From Syntrophomonadaceae bacterium (lineage in GTDB: Bacteria; Bacillota; Syntrophomonadia; Syntrophomonadales; Syntrophomonadaceae), in assembly GCA_018432955.1 (NCBI GenBank), contig JAHDSE010000084.1:1-48971 (forward strand): a stretch of 48,971 bases of DNA, read 5' to 3'. The position numbers and the translations under genes are program-made. Below the pieces are notes generated by a model. The model made no database searches and was not told where the DNA came from. It worked only from the letters and a program-made list of their open reading frames with translations. Of the stretch, positions 28,804 through 37,543 are shown in pieces. Each line of letters opens with the position of its first letter. The stretch's first letter is position 1.

Positions 28804-28894
28804 GCTCCTTTCCAACAATGGGAGGCCAATCCGTTTCCAAATTAACCCAACGGCTTGCTATCGTGGCTTTTGCTTTAGATAGAAAGCTCGGAGC
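28804..28894 (-). promoter_or_regulatory. Candidate Moco/Tuco (molybdenum/tungsten cofactor) riboswitch aptamer upstream of the fdh operon
   Basis: Minus strand reads GCUCCGAGC...GGAAACGG...GGCCUCCC...GGAAAGGAGC. It carries the hallmark CUCCGAGC 5' element and the GCCUCCC 3' element. P1 is GCUCC/GGAGC, and nested helices GCUUU/AAAGC, GCCA/UGGC and CCGUU/AACGG can be drawn. The genomic context (Moco-dependent enzyme, moeA) fits. Confidence 0.6.
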
Positions 28895-29058
28895 TATACA
28901 ATTGTCTTAGCAATACATCTACCAATAAAACTATTACAACATGTCTCATGCTACTTAATGCTACTATTTGAAACTAAATATAACATAAACCAATTATTTT
29001 GTCATTAATTAAAATAAATTTTTTTATACCAATACAACTAACATTCAATTATAATTAA

Positions 29059-29066
29059 TGTATAAT
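29059..29066 (+). promoter_or_regulatory. Possible extended -10 promoter element for moeA
   Basis: TGTATAAT lies in a very AT-rich tract about 75 nt upstream of the moeA ATG. I found no convincing -35 element. Confidence 0.3.
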
Positions 29067-29140
29067 ATAATAAACATAAATAATATAAACTTTGCGTTTA
29101 TTAACCAAGAATAAATCATAGCGGTAGAGGTAGGTTGTTT

Positions 29141-30379
29141 ATGAATAGACTTCAGTTAGTAAATGATCAATTATTGGAACCTTTTGATTTGGACGAAGCG
29201 GTTTCTATCAGTTGCGACAGTATTCAAGCCATGGACACCGAGTGCATGCATATATATGATGTATACAGGCGGGTGGCCGCAGATAATATAGCCAGTTTTA
29301 TTGATATACCCAATTTTGACCGTTCGGCAATGGATGGCTACGCAATTGGCAAGACTGATCTAAAAAGACTCCAAGCTCGAAGACCGTTGCGTTTGAGAGT
29401 AGCTTCTATTATTGGAGCCGGTTCAATTGAAAACAGGCCAATAAAGCCCGGGGAAACCTGTAGAATTATGACCGGGGCTTTGCTTCCAGAAGGCAGCGTT
29501 GCGGTTATTAAACAAGAGGATGTTGAGATAATAAATGAAAACTATATAATTGTCAGCTTCAGGCCTCGGCGGGGTGAAAATATTCGAAGATCCGGCCACG
29601 AATTGAGGTCTGGAGACATAGTTGCAGCCAGGGGGCAGGTTTTAAAATCGGAAATCCTGGAAAGAATAGCTGCTTGTGGAATAGAAAGGATTCCAGTATA
29701 TAAAGTGCCTCGCGTATATATTATAGATACGGGAAATGAGTTGCTTTTACCTGGGTCCCCCATCAAAAAAGGATGCATATATTGCAGCAACCGTAGCCTA
29801 ATAGCATGCAAAATAACCAGCAGCGGAGCTTTACCATTGCTGTCACCTTCTGTGATTAACGATGATCTGCAAACCATCGTAACTGCAATAAAAATGGCAG
29901 CCCAGGTCTCTGACATGGTAATAGTAAGCGGGGGAACCGGCAACGGCCTTTTCGACCTGGTTGGCAACGCATTCGAGTATTTGAATGCCCCGCTTCTTTT
30001 TAAAGGCATAAACGTCTTTCCTGGAAAAAGTACTTCTGCTGCGCTTCTCAATGGTAAACTTGTTTTCAATCTGTCCGGGAGCCCCTCTGCAGCCGGGATG
30101 TTGTTTGAAGCTCTGGTAAAACCTGCCCTGCTTAAACTAAAAGGAGAGTCATTGTATAAAGGGGATTGGTTTGATATAGAGCTGGCCAGCCCCATTGATC
30201 ATTTAAAACCTGGTCGCAGCCTGCACCGGGGAGAAATGATTATTAAACAGGGACGTGCCTACGCTCTGCCGGTAAGCCGAAAAGACATTAATACAGGAAA
30301 AATTCCTTTACTGTTGGATATAAACAAAAGGTCGGAAAAAGAAGCAGTCATCGTTAAAGCTAAACTAATTGCAGATTAA
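29141..30379 (+). CDS. moeA: Molybdopterin molybdotransferase MoeA
   Basis: SAMDGYA motif, VIVSGGTGNG (MoCF-biosynthesis domain), and about 410 aa. I prefer the ATG at 29141 (AGAGGTAGG RBS) to the ORF-track TTG at 29135. It is the only convincing plus-strand gene in the window. Confidence 0.9.
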   Translation: MNRLQLVNDQLLEPFDLDEAVSISCDSIQAMDTECMHIYDVYRRVAADNIASFIDIPNFDRSAMDGYAIGKTDLKRLQARRPLRLRVASIIGAGSIENRPIKPGETCRIMTGALLPEGSVAVIKQEDVEIINENYIIVSFRPRRGENIRRSGHELRSGDIVAARGQVLKSEILERIAACGIERIPVYKVPRVYIIDTGNELLLPGSPIKKGCIYCSNRSLIACKITSSGALPLLSPSVINDDLQTIVTAIKMAAQVSDMVIVSGGTGNGLFDLVGNAFEYLNAPLLFKGINVFPGKSTSAALLNGKLVFNLSGSPSAAGMLFEALVKPALLKLKGESLYKGDWFDIELASPIDHLKPGRSLHRGEMIIKQGRAYALPVSRKDINTGKIPLLLDINKRSEKEAVIVKAKLIAD

Positions 30380-30553
30380 GCGCTGGAACTTCCCTCTTAT
30401 CGATAATAAGGTTGCAGCCGCCTGCAAAGGGATAGAACTATTCGCGTTATTACTATACGCCACTCGATCAACATATCCTTCATACGCCTCAATTGCAGCA
30501 TTTGAATAATTCCTCGACCTTTACCTTTTTTCTCGTACTGTCATTTTTTACAG

Positions 30554-30723
30554 CCTGAGAGCCAGGTTTATCAACCTGGCTCTCAGGCGTGCTCTGATAT
30601 AAATTAGTGTTGGGATTATAATCTTGCCACCATTCTGTCATTTCTTATCAGGTCCTCGTAATCTTCCCGTTTAATAATCAAGTCGGCAGAACCCTCGTTT
30701 ACCAGAACCATTGCCGGTTTAAG
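30554..30723 (-). repeat. Intact copy of the direct repeat: lysA 3' end plus a perfect 15-bp-stem hairpin
   Basis: CCTGAGAGCCAGGTT-TATC-AACCTGGCTCTCAGG spans 30554-30587, with no U-tract on either strand. Positions 30616-30723 are the last lysA codons. This copy is homologous to 21523-21683. Confidence 0.75.
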
Positions 30724-31923
30724 CAAACGGTTATAGTTGCTGGCCATGGAATAAGTGTAAGCACCGGTTGCAAAAACTGCCAGAATATCTCCTGATTCCA
30801 CCCTGGGCAATTGAGCATCCCAGATCAGCATATCCCCGGATTCACAGCACTTGCCCGCAATGGAAACGGTCTCCACAGGGCTCTGATCTGCCTTGTTAGC
30901 CAGTATAGCCAGGTATCTGGCATTATAAAGCGCAGGACGCGGGTTATCAGTCATTCCCCCATCAACCGCCACATATTTTCTTATTCCTTTAACCTCTTTA
31001 AATGAACCGATAGTATAAAGGGTTATTCCTGCAGGACCAGCAATAGCCCTTCCCGGCTCTACAATAACCCTGGGTATTTTTATACCCAGTTTCTCTGCTT
31101 TCTCCTTGACTGTAAGCATAACTGCTTTCGCCCACTCCGAGGGATCACACGGTTCATCACCATGATAATAATGAATCCCAAAACCGCCTCCCAGATCCAG
31201 TTCATCAAATTCATGAGCAAGAATCTCTTTAACTTCGCCCAAAAAGCCCATCATAATTGCAGTAGCATGCCTGAAGGACTCCATCTCAAATATCTGTGAA
31301 CCTATATGACAATGCAAGCCTATCAGATTAAGGCCCTCACTTTTGATAGCAGCCTTTACACCTTCCATAGCCTGCCCGTCACTAAGAGTAAAACCAAATT
31401 TGGAGTCTATCTGCCCGGTCTGGATATATTCATGGGTATGAGCCTCGACTCCCGGTGTAATCCGCAGCATTATATCCTGCTGCTTTTTTTCTTCCAGGCA
31501 TATGGAATTCAACAATTGAAGTTCAAAAAAATTATCTACTACTATACGGCTTACTCCCATTTCAAGAGCCATTTCTATCTCTTCGCGGCTTTTGTTATTC
31601 CCGTGAAAATAAACCCTTTCCATAGGAAACCCAGCTTTCATAGCTGTGTAGAGTTCTCCTCCAGACACTACATCAAGTCCCAGACCCTCTTCCTCAACCA
31701 TTCGGTAAACTGACAGGGTACTCAGCGTCTTGCTGGCATAGAGCACCATTGACTCCCCCAGCCTGTCAAATGCTTCTCTGAATTTCCGGCAATTTTGACG
31801 AAAGCCCTGCTCATCCAGTACCCATAACGGAGTACCGAATTCTTTTGCTATATCAAGGGTATCCATGCCCCCTATTTCGAGATGACCTTCAGCATTGATT
31901 TTCATAGTACCTGTAAGCTGCAA
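30616..31923 (-). CDS. lysA: Diaminopimelate decarboxylase
   Basis: GHLEIGG...FGTPLWVLD N-terminus, a YASKT PLP-lysine region, and CESGD near the C-terminus. I prefer the TTG at 31923 (GAGGAG 10 nt upstream, and an N-terminal length like Bacillus LysA). The ORF-track maximum start is 31941 and an ATG alternative lies at 31905. Confidence 0.92.
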   Translation of the reverse strand: MQLTGTMKINAEGHLEIGGMDTLDIAKEFGTPLWVLDEQGFRQNCRKFREAFDRLGESMVLYASKTLSTLSVYRMVEEEGLGLDVVSGGELYTAMKAGFPMERVYFHGNNKSREEIEMALEMGVSRIVVDNFFELQLLNSICLEEKKQQDIMLRITPGVEAHTHEYIQTGQIDSKFGFTLSDGQAMEGVKAAIKSEGLNLIGLHCHIGSQIFEMESFRHATAIMMGFLGEVKEILAHEFDELDLGGGFGIHYYHGDEPCDPSEWAKAVMLTVKEKAEKLGIKIPRVIVEPGRAIAGPAGITLYTIGSFKEVKGIRKYVAVDGGMTDNPRPALYNARYLAILANKADQSPVETVSIAGKCCESGDMLIWDAQLPRVESGDILAVFATGAYTYSMASNYNRLLKPAMVLVNEGSADLIIKREDYEDLIRNDRMVARL

Positions 31924-31963
31924 ATCCCCCACACTCCTCAAAATTCCTCATAAAATTGTGCTT

Positions 31964-31993
31964 ATTGTAACATTATCCTCCTGAAACAGTCAA
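31964..31993 (-). promoter_or_regulatory. Sigma-A-type promoter for lysA
   Basis: Minus strand reads TTGACT, an 18-nt spacer, then TACAAT. It lies between the tRNA-cluster terminator and lysA. Confidence 0.55.
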
Positions 31994-32045
31994 TAGAACA
32001 GGAGACGCATAGAACAGAGAACCTTCCCTTGTTCTACGCTCTAAT

Positions 32046-32075
32046 CTAAAAAAACCGTGGATATTCCACGGTTTT
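32046..32075 (-). terminator. Intrinsic terminator after the tRNA cluster
   Basis: Minus strand reads AACCGUGG-AAUAU-CCACGGUU followed by seven U. Confidence 0.8.
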
Positions 32076-32085
32076 CACATTTCTA

Positions 32086-32161
32086 TGGTGGGCGATGACG
32101 GGCTTGAACCGCCGACCCCCTGCTTGTAAGGCAGGTGCTCTCCCAACTGAGCTAATCGCCC
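32086..32161 (-). tRNA. tRNA-Val (anticodon UAC)
   Basis: The reverse complement GGGCGATTAGCTCAGTTGGGAGAGCACCTGCCTTACAAGCAGGGGGTCGGCGGTTCAAGCCCGTCATCGCCCACCA folds as a cloverleaf with anticodon loop CUUACAA and an encoded CCA. Confidence 0.95.
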
Positions 32162-32166
32162 TTTTA

Positions 32167-32241
32167 TGGTGACCCCTAGGGGACTCGAACCCCTGTTACC
32201 GCCGTGAAAGGGCGGTGTCTTAACCGCTTGACCAAGGGGCC
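32167..32241 (-). tRNA. tRNA-Glu (anticodon UUC)
   Basis: The reverse complement GGCCCCTTGGTCAAGCGGTTAAGACACCGCCCTTTCACGGCGGTAACAGGGGTTCGAGTCCCCTAGGGGTCACCA is near-identical in pattern to Bacillus tRNA-Glu, with an encoded CCA. Confidence 0.95.
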
Positions 32242-32333
32242 AAAACTGAAGTCGGAGGCGAACTGGATAAAATCGGCTATGCCTATTGCTACAATTATTC
32301 TGACTTCCGACCTCTGACATCTGACATCCAAAA

Positions 32334-32409
32334 TGGTGGGCCTACCAGGACTCGAACCTGGGACCAACCGGTTATGAGCCGGTGGCTCTTCCAACTGAGC
32401 TATAGGCCC
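32334..32409 (-). tRNA. tRNA with CAU anticodon; probably tRNA-Ile2 (lysidine-modified) rather than elongator Met
   Basis: The reverse complement is GGGCCTATAGCTCAGTTGGAAGAGCCACCGGCTCATAACCGGTTGGTCCCAGGTTCGAGTCCTGGTAGGCCCACCA. The acceptor stem GGGCCTA/TAGGCCC is the one typical of Firmicute tRNA-Ile. It is not an initiator, because it lacks the three G-C pairs in the anticodon stem. Confidence 0.9.
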
Positions 32410-32437
32410 GCGTATTCCGGGAAACCCCGCAAGAGTT

Positions 32438-32466
32438 AGTATATAAAATATCTCCGCAAAGGTCAA
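32438..32466 (-). promoter_or_regulatory. Sigma-A-type promoter for the Ile2/Glu/Val tRNA cluster
   Basis: Minus strand reads TTGACC, a 17-nt spacer, then TATACT, about 28 nt upstream of the tRNA 5' end. Confidence 0.6.
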
Positions 32467-32548
32467 TAGCAAAAGGCTATTATTCATAAATTCTGTGCAG
32501 ATAATATTTGCGGACCCCAGCAAGTTAAAATATTTCGGCTTGATTCAT

Positions 32549-32580
32549 TTAAAAAGCGGTAACTTTTGAGGGTTACCGCT
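32549..32580 (-). terminator. Intrinsic terminator after tRNA-Asn
   Basis: Minus strand reads GCGGUAAC-CCUCAAAA-GUUACCGC followed by UUUUU. Confidence 0.7.
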
Positions 32581-32591
32581 ATCTTTAACAA

Positions 32592-32666
32592 TGGCTCCCC
32601 GAGTAGGATTCGAACCTACAACCCTCCGGTTAACAGCCGGATGCTCTACCGTTGAGCTATCGAGGA
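32592..32666 (-). tRNA. tRNA-Asn (anticodon GUU)
   Basis: The reverse complement TCCTCGATAGCTCAACGGTAGAGCATCCGGCTGTTAACCGGAGGGTTGTAGGTTCGAATCCTACTCGGGGAGCCA folds as a cloverleaf with anticodon loop CUGUUAA. Confidence 0.95.
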
Positions 32667-32721
32667 AAATGCCCCAACGAAAATCATTATATATCGCTGC
32701 TGCTCACTTGTCAATACTATT

Positions 32722-33801
32722 CTATTCAATATAGTCTTTGAGCTTCTTGCTACGGGAAGGATGCCTCAGTTTTCTCAGGGCCTTGGCTTCAATTTGCCTT
32801 ATTCTCTCCCTGGTAACCCCAAATTCCTGCCCTACTTCTTCCAGAGTTCTGGGTCTGCCATCATCCAGTCCAAATCTCAGTCGCAGGACCTTTTCCTCTC
32901 TTTCGGTAAGGGTATTCAATATTCCATCCAGATGCTCCCGCAACAAAACAAAAGAAGCTGACTCCTCCGGCGACTCTGCGTCTTCATCAGTGATGAAATC
33001 TCCCAGATGACTATCGTCCTCTTCTCCGATAGGAGTTTCCAATGAAACTGGTTCCTGCGCCACTTTCATTATCTCGATTACCCTCTCAACAGAAATATCC
33101 ATTTCGTCTGCCACCTCACTGGGTAAAGGTTCTCTTCCCAGTGTCTGCAGCAAACTTCTCTGTATCCGGGATAATTTATTTATTGTCTCCACCATGTGCA
33201 CCGGTATCCTGATCGTACGTGCCTGGTCAGCAATAGCCCTCGTAATAGCCTGCCTTATCCACCAGGTAGCATAAGTACTGAATTTGTATCCTTTTCGGTA
33301 GTCAAATTTTTCCACAGCCTTCATAAGTCCCAGGTTACCTTCTTGGATAAGATCGAGAAAGAGCATGCCTCTGCCTACATAACGTTTAGCTATACTGACA
33401 ACCAGCCGCAGATTTGCCTCAACCAGCTGCCTTTTTGCTTCTTCCTCACCCTCTTCAATTCTCTGGGCAAGTTCTTTTTCTTCTGCTGCTGTCAGCAGAG
33501 ATACTCTGCCAATTTCTTTGAGATACATACGAACCGGGTCATCAATCTCTATGCCGTCCGGAATAACTACGTTTTCAGTCTCAATACTATCATTTTCGCC
33601 ATCTTCTCCATCGCTTTCTCCTTCAGCACCTATATTGATCCCCAATGACTGAAGATGCTCAAATATATCATCTATATTATCTGCTTGCAGATTAAAACCC
33701 TGTAAATCTTCGGTAATCTCTTCGTAAGTCAAATTCTTCTTTTTCTTCCCCTTTTCAGCAAGAACACTTATTGCTTCTGCTAGTTTTCTATCCGGTTTCA
33801 T
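32722..33801 (-). CDS. rpoD: Primary RNA polymerase sigma factor (SigA/RpoD)
   Basis: Regions 1.2 to 4.2 are recognisable ([45 protein letters not shown]). It lies downstream of dnaG with a 4-nt overlap. Confidence 0.97.
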   Translation of the reverse strand: MKPDRKLAEAISVLAEKGKKKKNLTYEEITEDLQGFNLQADNIDDIFEHLQSLGINIGAEGESDGEDGENDSIETENVVIPDGIEIDDPVRMYLKEIGRVSLLTAAEEKELAQRIEEGEEEAKRQLVEANLRLVVSIAKRYVGRGMLFLDLIQEGNLGLMKAVEKFDYRKGYKFSTYATWWIRQAITRAIADQARTIRIPVHMVETINKLSRIQRSLLQTLGREPLPSEVADEMDISVERVIEIMKVAQEPVSLETPIGEEDDSHLGDFITDEDAESPEESASFVLLREHLDGILNTLTEREEKVLRLRFGLDDGRPRTLEEVGQEFGVTRERIRQIEAKALRKLRHPSRSKKLKDYIE

Positions 33802-35588
33802 CTTATCCCCCCTTCCTGGGATCTATTCAAGAATGTATTTAGACTTAGAATATAGTTCAGCAATCTATAAAAATCTCCATCGGCTTTTAAGCCCTCCAGT
33901 TGTTTAAACATCTTATTCCAACGGGCTTTAAGCCTTATTTGTTGAACTCTGCGAATAAATTCTTCTATTTCTCTGTTCTCAACTTGCTTGCTTTCCTGAC
34001 ACAAGAACATTATTCTGGCAAGGCAGGAAGTGAGTTCTCCTTGGCCAATTATTTTACTGATTTTTTCCAATCTCTGTTCTTCGCTTCCTTCCATTTCATC
34101 ATATATTTTTGCCAGTTTTTTATATTCATCTTGAGCAAAAAAACTCAAGCCTATGGTTGCTTTAATTTTCTCGAATACCTGTAAATTTTTAAACATAGCT
34201 CCCAGTATTTTCTCTTGAATGCTATAATTGCCGTATTCAATATTATCCCTTATTTTTCTAGTTTTATTCTTTTTAATGTCTTTCCTCAGCGTATTACGGG
34301 TACTCAACTCTCTTAAAATCAGGTTTTCTTCAATCATCAAGTTCTGAGCCAGAATTTTAACATAATAGTCTTTTTCCAGTTCACTATCCATTCCCTCAAT
34401 ATCATCCCGTAATAATTCTATTATTCTTATTCTGGCTTCCAGGTTCAGCTCTTTTTCAAGCTTAATATATCTATTAAGCTTATATTCAATATAACTAAGT
34501 TTATTATTCTTTATATATTGCAGAAATTCCTCTTTTCCTAATAATTCAATGTATTCATCCGGGTCGTTTTCTGCCGGGAGAGTAACAACCGAAGTTTTTA
34601 GACCTTCAGTCACCAGAATATCAATTGTCCTCATGGTCTCCCTCTGCCCTGCTTCATCTCCATCGAAAATAATTATCGCTTTTTCAGCATACCTGGCCAA
34701 AAGCCTTGCCTGCTCTCGAGTAAAGGCTGTTCCCAGTGAAGCTACAGAATTTCTTATTCCAGCCTGCTGCAATTTAATGCAATCCAGATAACCTTCCACT
34801 ATTATTACTTCGTTAAGTAAACGAACTGCGTTTTTCCCCTGGTACAAACCAAAAAGTGTATTGCGTTTGGAAAAGATCTCAGTTTCAGGAGTATTTAAGT
34901 ATTTGGGCAGACTATCGTCTAAGACCCTGCCGCCGAATCCTACAATTTCACCATTATAATGGTATATAGGAAAAATAATGCGTTTTCTGAATAAATCATA
35001 AAAGGTGTTCCTTTTTTCATTACGCTTTATTACACCAGAGAGTTTCACATACTCCTGAGAAAAACCTTTCTTCAAAAGATAGTTTTCCAGGTTGTTCCAG
35101 CTGTCAGGTGCCAGACCCAGATTAAATTCTTCAATTGTCTCATTATTAATGCCGCGTTTTTCCAGATACTTTCTCGCTGCCAGTGCTCTGCTGCCCAAAA
35201 GATAATCGTGATAGAATTCTGCCGCAGCCTTATTGATTTCAGTAACTTTTTTCCGTTTATCGGCTTTTTTATCTTTCCGGGAAGACAGTAACTCAACTCC
35301 GGCTTTTGCTGCCAGCATTTCCACCGCTTCATTGAATCCCAGTCCATCACGCCTCATCACAAAGGAATAGAGGTCGCCTCCGGCATGACAACCAAAGCAA
35401 TAAAACATGTTTTTTTCCGGAGTAACACTAAATGACGGCGTCTTTTCCTGGTGAAAGGGGCATAAGCCCCAATAGCGATTCCCTTTGCGGCTTAGACTGG
35501 TTGTTTCTGAAACTATATCAACAATATCCAGCCGCATTTCTATTTCACGCAGCAAGTGTTCATCATAATATCCGGTCATTTTCTCCAC
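33798..35588 (-). CDS. dnaG: DNA primase
   Basis: Zinc finger [13 protein letters not shown]...CFGC, and a TOPRIM region EGYLDCI...DGDEAGQ. Confidence 0.95.
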   Translation of the reverse strand: MEKMTGYYDEHLLREIEMRLDIVDIVSETTSLSRKGNRYWGLCPFHQEKTPSFSVTPEKNMFYCFGCHAGGDLYSFVMRRDGLGFNEAVEMLAAKAGVELLSSRKDKKADKRKKVTEINKAAAEFYHDYLLGSRALAARKYLEKRGINNETIEEFNLGLAPDSWNNLENYLLKKGFSQEYVKLSGVIKRNEKRNTFYDLFRKRIIFPIYHYNGEIVGFGGRVLDDSLPKYLNTPETEIFSKRNTLFGLYQGKNAVRLLNEVIIVEGYLDCIKLQQAGIRNSVASLGTAFTREQARLLARYAEKAIIIFDGDEAGQRETMRTIDILVTEGLKTSVVTLPAENDPDEYIELLGKEEFLQYIKNNKLSYIEYKLNRYIKLEKELNLEARIRIIELLRDDIEGMDSELEKDYYVKILAQNLMIEENLILRELSTRNTLRKDIKKNKTRKIRDNIEYGNYSIQEKILGAMFKNLQVFEKIKATIGLSFFAQDEYKKLAKIYDEMEGSEEQRLEKISKIIGQGELTSCLARIMFLCQESKQVENREIEEFIRRVQQIRLKARWNKMFKQLEGLKADGDFYRLLNYILSLNTFLNRSQEGGIR

Positions 35589-35765
35589 CTACTATTCTAT
35601 GTTTACACCCAAAATCCTTCTCGATATTCGAATTTTGTCAATAATTAAATCTCATTTGTTCCAAAGTGATAATCAATTTCTACAGCAATTTTTTAAAGGA
35701 TCCTGGAAATTTATATTCCCATCCAGCGAAAAATCCCCTTCTTTCTGGCTTAGAGATGGCTATTA

Positions 35766-36860
35766 TTAATTGACAGTTTTCTCACCTTCATCAAGATTAA
35801 AGACTTTTTGAGCATCTGGAACCAGGGATTGGGGAACATAAATATCCTTGAACAATGATATACAATAGGCATCACTCATGCCGGCTATGTAATCGGCAAC
35901 CGCTGTCTCCACTCCTTCTTCATCAGCTATTTTTCGAAATAGAAGACTCATCTTCTGTGGATGCCTGCAATAATAATTGAATAAATGTTCAATTATAAAA
36001 CTGGCTCGACTTCGCTCAGCCTTACAAACACTTCCCCGGTAAATGGTCTCAAACATGAATTCCCGTAAACCTCTCAATGCATTGTCTATTATATGCCCGG
36101 GTTCAATCCTGGGACTAAGACCCTCTTTTATCAATCTCCGACTGCTATCAATGGTGTCAATTACCAGGGTAGCTATTCTTTTGCTATGGGTATTTCCCAG
36201 AATTTCCACAAATTCTTTCGGTATCTGTTCCAGAGTAAGCAATCCTGCTCTGATGGAATCATCTATATCATGCTGAACATAAGCTATTTTATCACTTAGA
36301 CGGATAACCTGACCTTCCAGGGTAAAAGCCTGCGAAGCATTTTTTTCATAACCACTGTGATGAAGTACACCATCGAGAACTTCCTGGGTCAAATTAAGAC
36401 CATTCCGTCCTTTATGCTGTTCTATTCTGGTCAGAACCCGAATGCTGTTCTCATTATGCCGAAATCCACCTGATATCAAGCTATTGAGGGTTTGTTCACC
36501 AGCATGAGCAAATGGCGTATGACCCACATCATGCGCCAGGGCTATGGCTTCAATCAAATCAATATTAAGATTCAATCCTGCTCCAATCGTCTTGGCTATT
36601 TGATTTACTTCCAGGGTATGGGTCAAACGGCTTCGGTAATGATCTCCCGGTGGTGCAATGAATACCTGGGTCTTGTGTTTTAGACGCCGGAAAGATTTGG
36701 AATGAACCACCCTATCCCGGTCTACCATGAAACAGGTTCTGACCGGATCGGCTTCTTCAAACTCGATCCTTCCCCTGGACCTAATAGCTAAACTTGCATA
36801 ATCGCTTAGCCAGGCCTTTTCCCTTTGCTCAATTTCTTCCCTGATACTCATGCTTTTCAC
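35766..36860 (-). CDS. dGTPase-like deoxynucleoside triphosphate triphosphohydrolase (HD domain)
   Basis: RTCFMVDRDRVVHSKSFRRLKHKTQV and HDVGHTPFAHAGE motifs of the Dgt-like HD family. Confidence 0.88.
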   Translation of the reverse strand: MKSMSIREEIEQREKAWLSDYASLAIRSRGRIEFEEADPVRTCFMVDRDRVVHSKSFRRLKHKTQVFIAPPGDHYRSRLTHTLEVNQIAKTIGAGLNLNIDLIEAIALAHDVGHTPFAHAGEQTLNSLISGGFRHNENSIRVLTRIEQHKGRNGLNLTQEVLDGVLHHSGYEKNASQAFTLEGQVIRLSDKIAYVQHDIDDSIRAGLLTLEQIPKEFVEILGNTHSKRIATLVIDTIDSSRRLIKEGLSPRIEPGHIIDNALRGLREFMFETIYRGSVCKAERSRASFIIEHLFNYYCRHPQKMSLLFRKIADEEGVETAVADYIAGMSDAYCISLFKDIYVPQSLVPDAQKVFNLDEGEKTVN

Positions 36861-36934
36861 CTCTAATAAAAAAATCCTCCAGCCCAGGCCCGAGGATTAA
36901 TAATTGAATTATCCAGCTAAACCGCAACCGATGT

Positions 36935-37543
36935 TCACCTTTTCCTCAAATCTCTGGTAGCCTCAGCTACTTGAAATATTCGTTTTCCCAGTATTTGACT
37001 ACGCTTAATAGCATTTTCATCTTCCTGTGATGGTCTCTGGGCCGCAGCACCCATATGCCCACAATCATCTTCATAATACCCATCACCGACACAAATCATT
37101 CCCTGAACCAAAAACATATCATGTATGGCCCTCAAGGTAGTTTCCTGTCCGCCAAATCTTGAGCCGCCCACAGTAACTGCTCCTCCCACAACATTGAGAA
37201 GTTTTTTTTCTGCCCTGAGTGATCTGCTCTTATCCCAGAATGCCTTCAACTGAGCTGATACTGTTCCAAAATATACCGGACTCCCAACTATCAAACCATC
37301 TGCCCTGGAAAGCAGTTCAAAAACCTTCCCCAATTCCTTTCCTTCAGCGCATTTTGCTGAGCAGGGTGATGAACAGGCAACACAGAACGGATTCTTTTGA
37401 TCTTTCAATATCTGCTGGCAATGAATAATCTCTGTTTTTGCTCCCAGGCTGGAACATTGAGAAATAGCCTTACCCAGGAGGAAAGCTGTATTGCCGTCTT
37501 TTTTGGGGCTTCCATTGATTGCTACGATGAACGTATCAGTCAC
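36935..37543 (-). CDS. NADPH-dependent FMN reductase-family flavoprotein with a compact Cys cluster (iron-sulfur flavoprotein-like)
   Basis: Flavodoxin-like N-terminus INGSPKKDGNT, Cys cluster CVACSSPCSAKC, and GSPVYFGTVSAQLK. Confidence 0.75.
   Translation of the reverse strand: MTDTFIVAINGSPKKDGNTAFLLGKAISQCSSLGAKTEIIHCQQILKDQKNPFCVACSSPCSAKCAEGKELGKVFELLSRADGLIVGSPVYFGTVSAQLKAFWDKSRSLRAEKKLLNVVGGAVTVGGSRFGGQETTLRAIHDMFLVQGMICVGDGYYEDDCGHMGAAAQRPSQEDENAIKRSQILGKRIFQVAEATRDLRKR

Noticed and set aside
29542-30195. 217-aa minus-strand ORF inside moeA
   Set aside because: It lies antisense to a confidently recognised MoeA sequence and contains no motifs.
21684-30553. Integrase, transposase or recombinase expected inside the repeat-bounded module
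   Set aside because: I looked through all ORFs and the three long non-coding gaps (22613-23100, 28410-29134 and 30380-30553) and saw nothing resembling a recombinase or its remnants. The island hypothesis therefore rests on the flanking repeats only.
30554-30587. 15-bp-stem hairpin considered as the shared moeA/lysA terminator
   Set aside because: No U-tract follows it on either strand, although the T-run precedes it on the plus strand. It is kept only as part of the repeat unit. A Rho-dependent or processing role cannot be excluded.
31942-32045. Lysine (L-box) riboswitch upstream of lysA
   Set aside because: Only about 100 nt are available between the tRNA terminator and lysA, and a promoter takes up part of that. 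This is far shorter than an L-box aptamer.
32075-32523. Two minus-strand ORFs (81 and 115 aa) across the tRNA cluster
   Set aside because: They are read straight through the tRNA-Val, tRNA-Glu and tRNA-CAU genes and are artefacts of the ORF finder.
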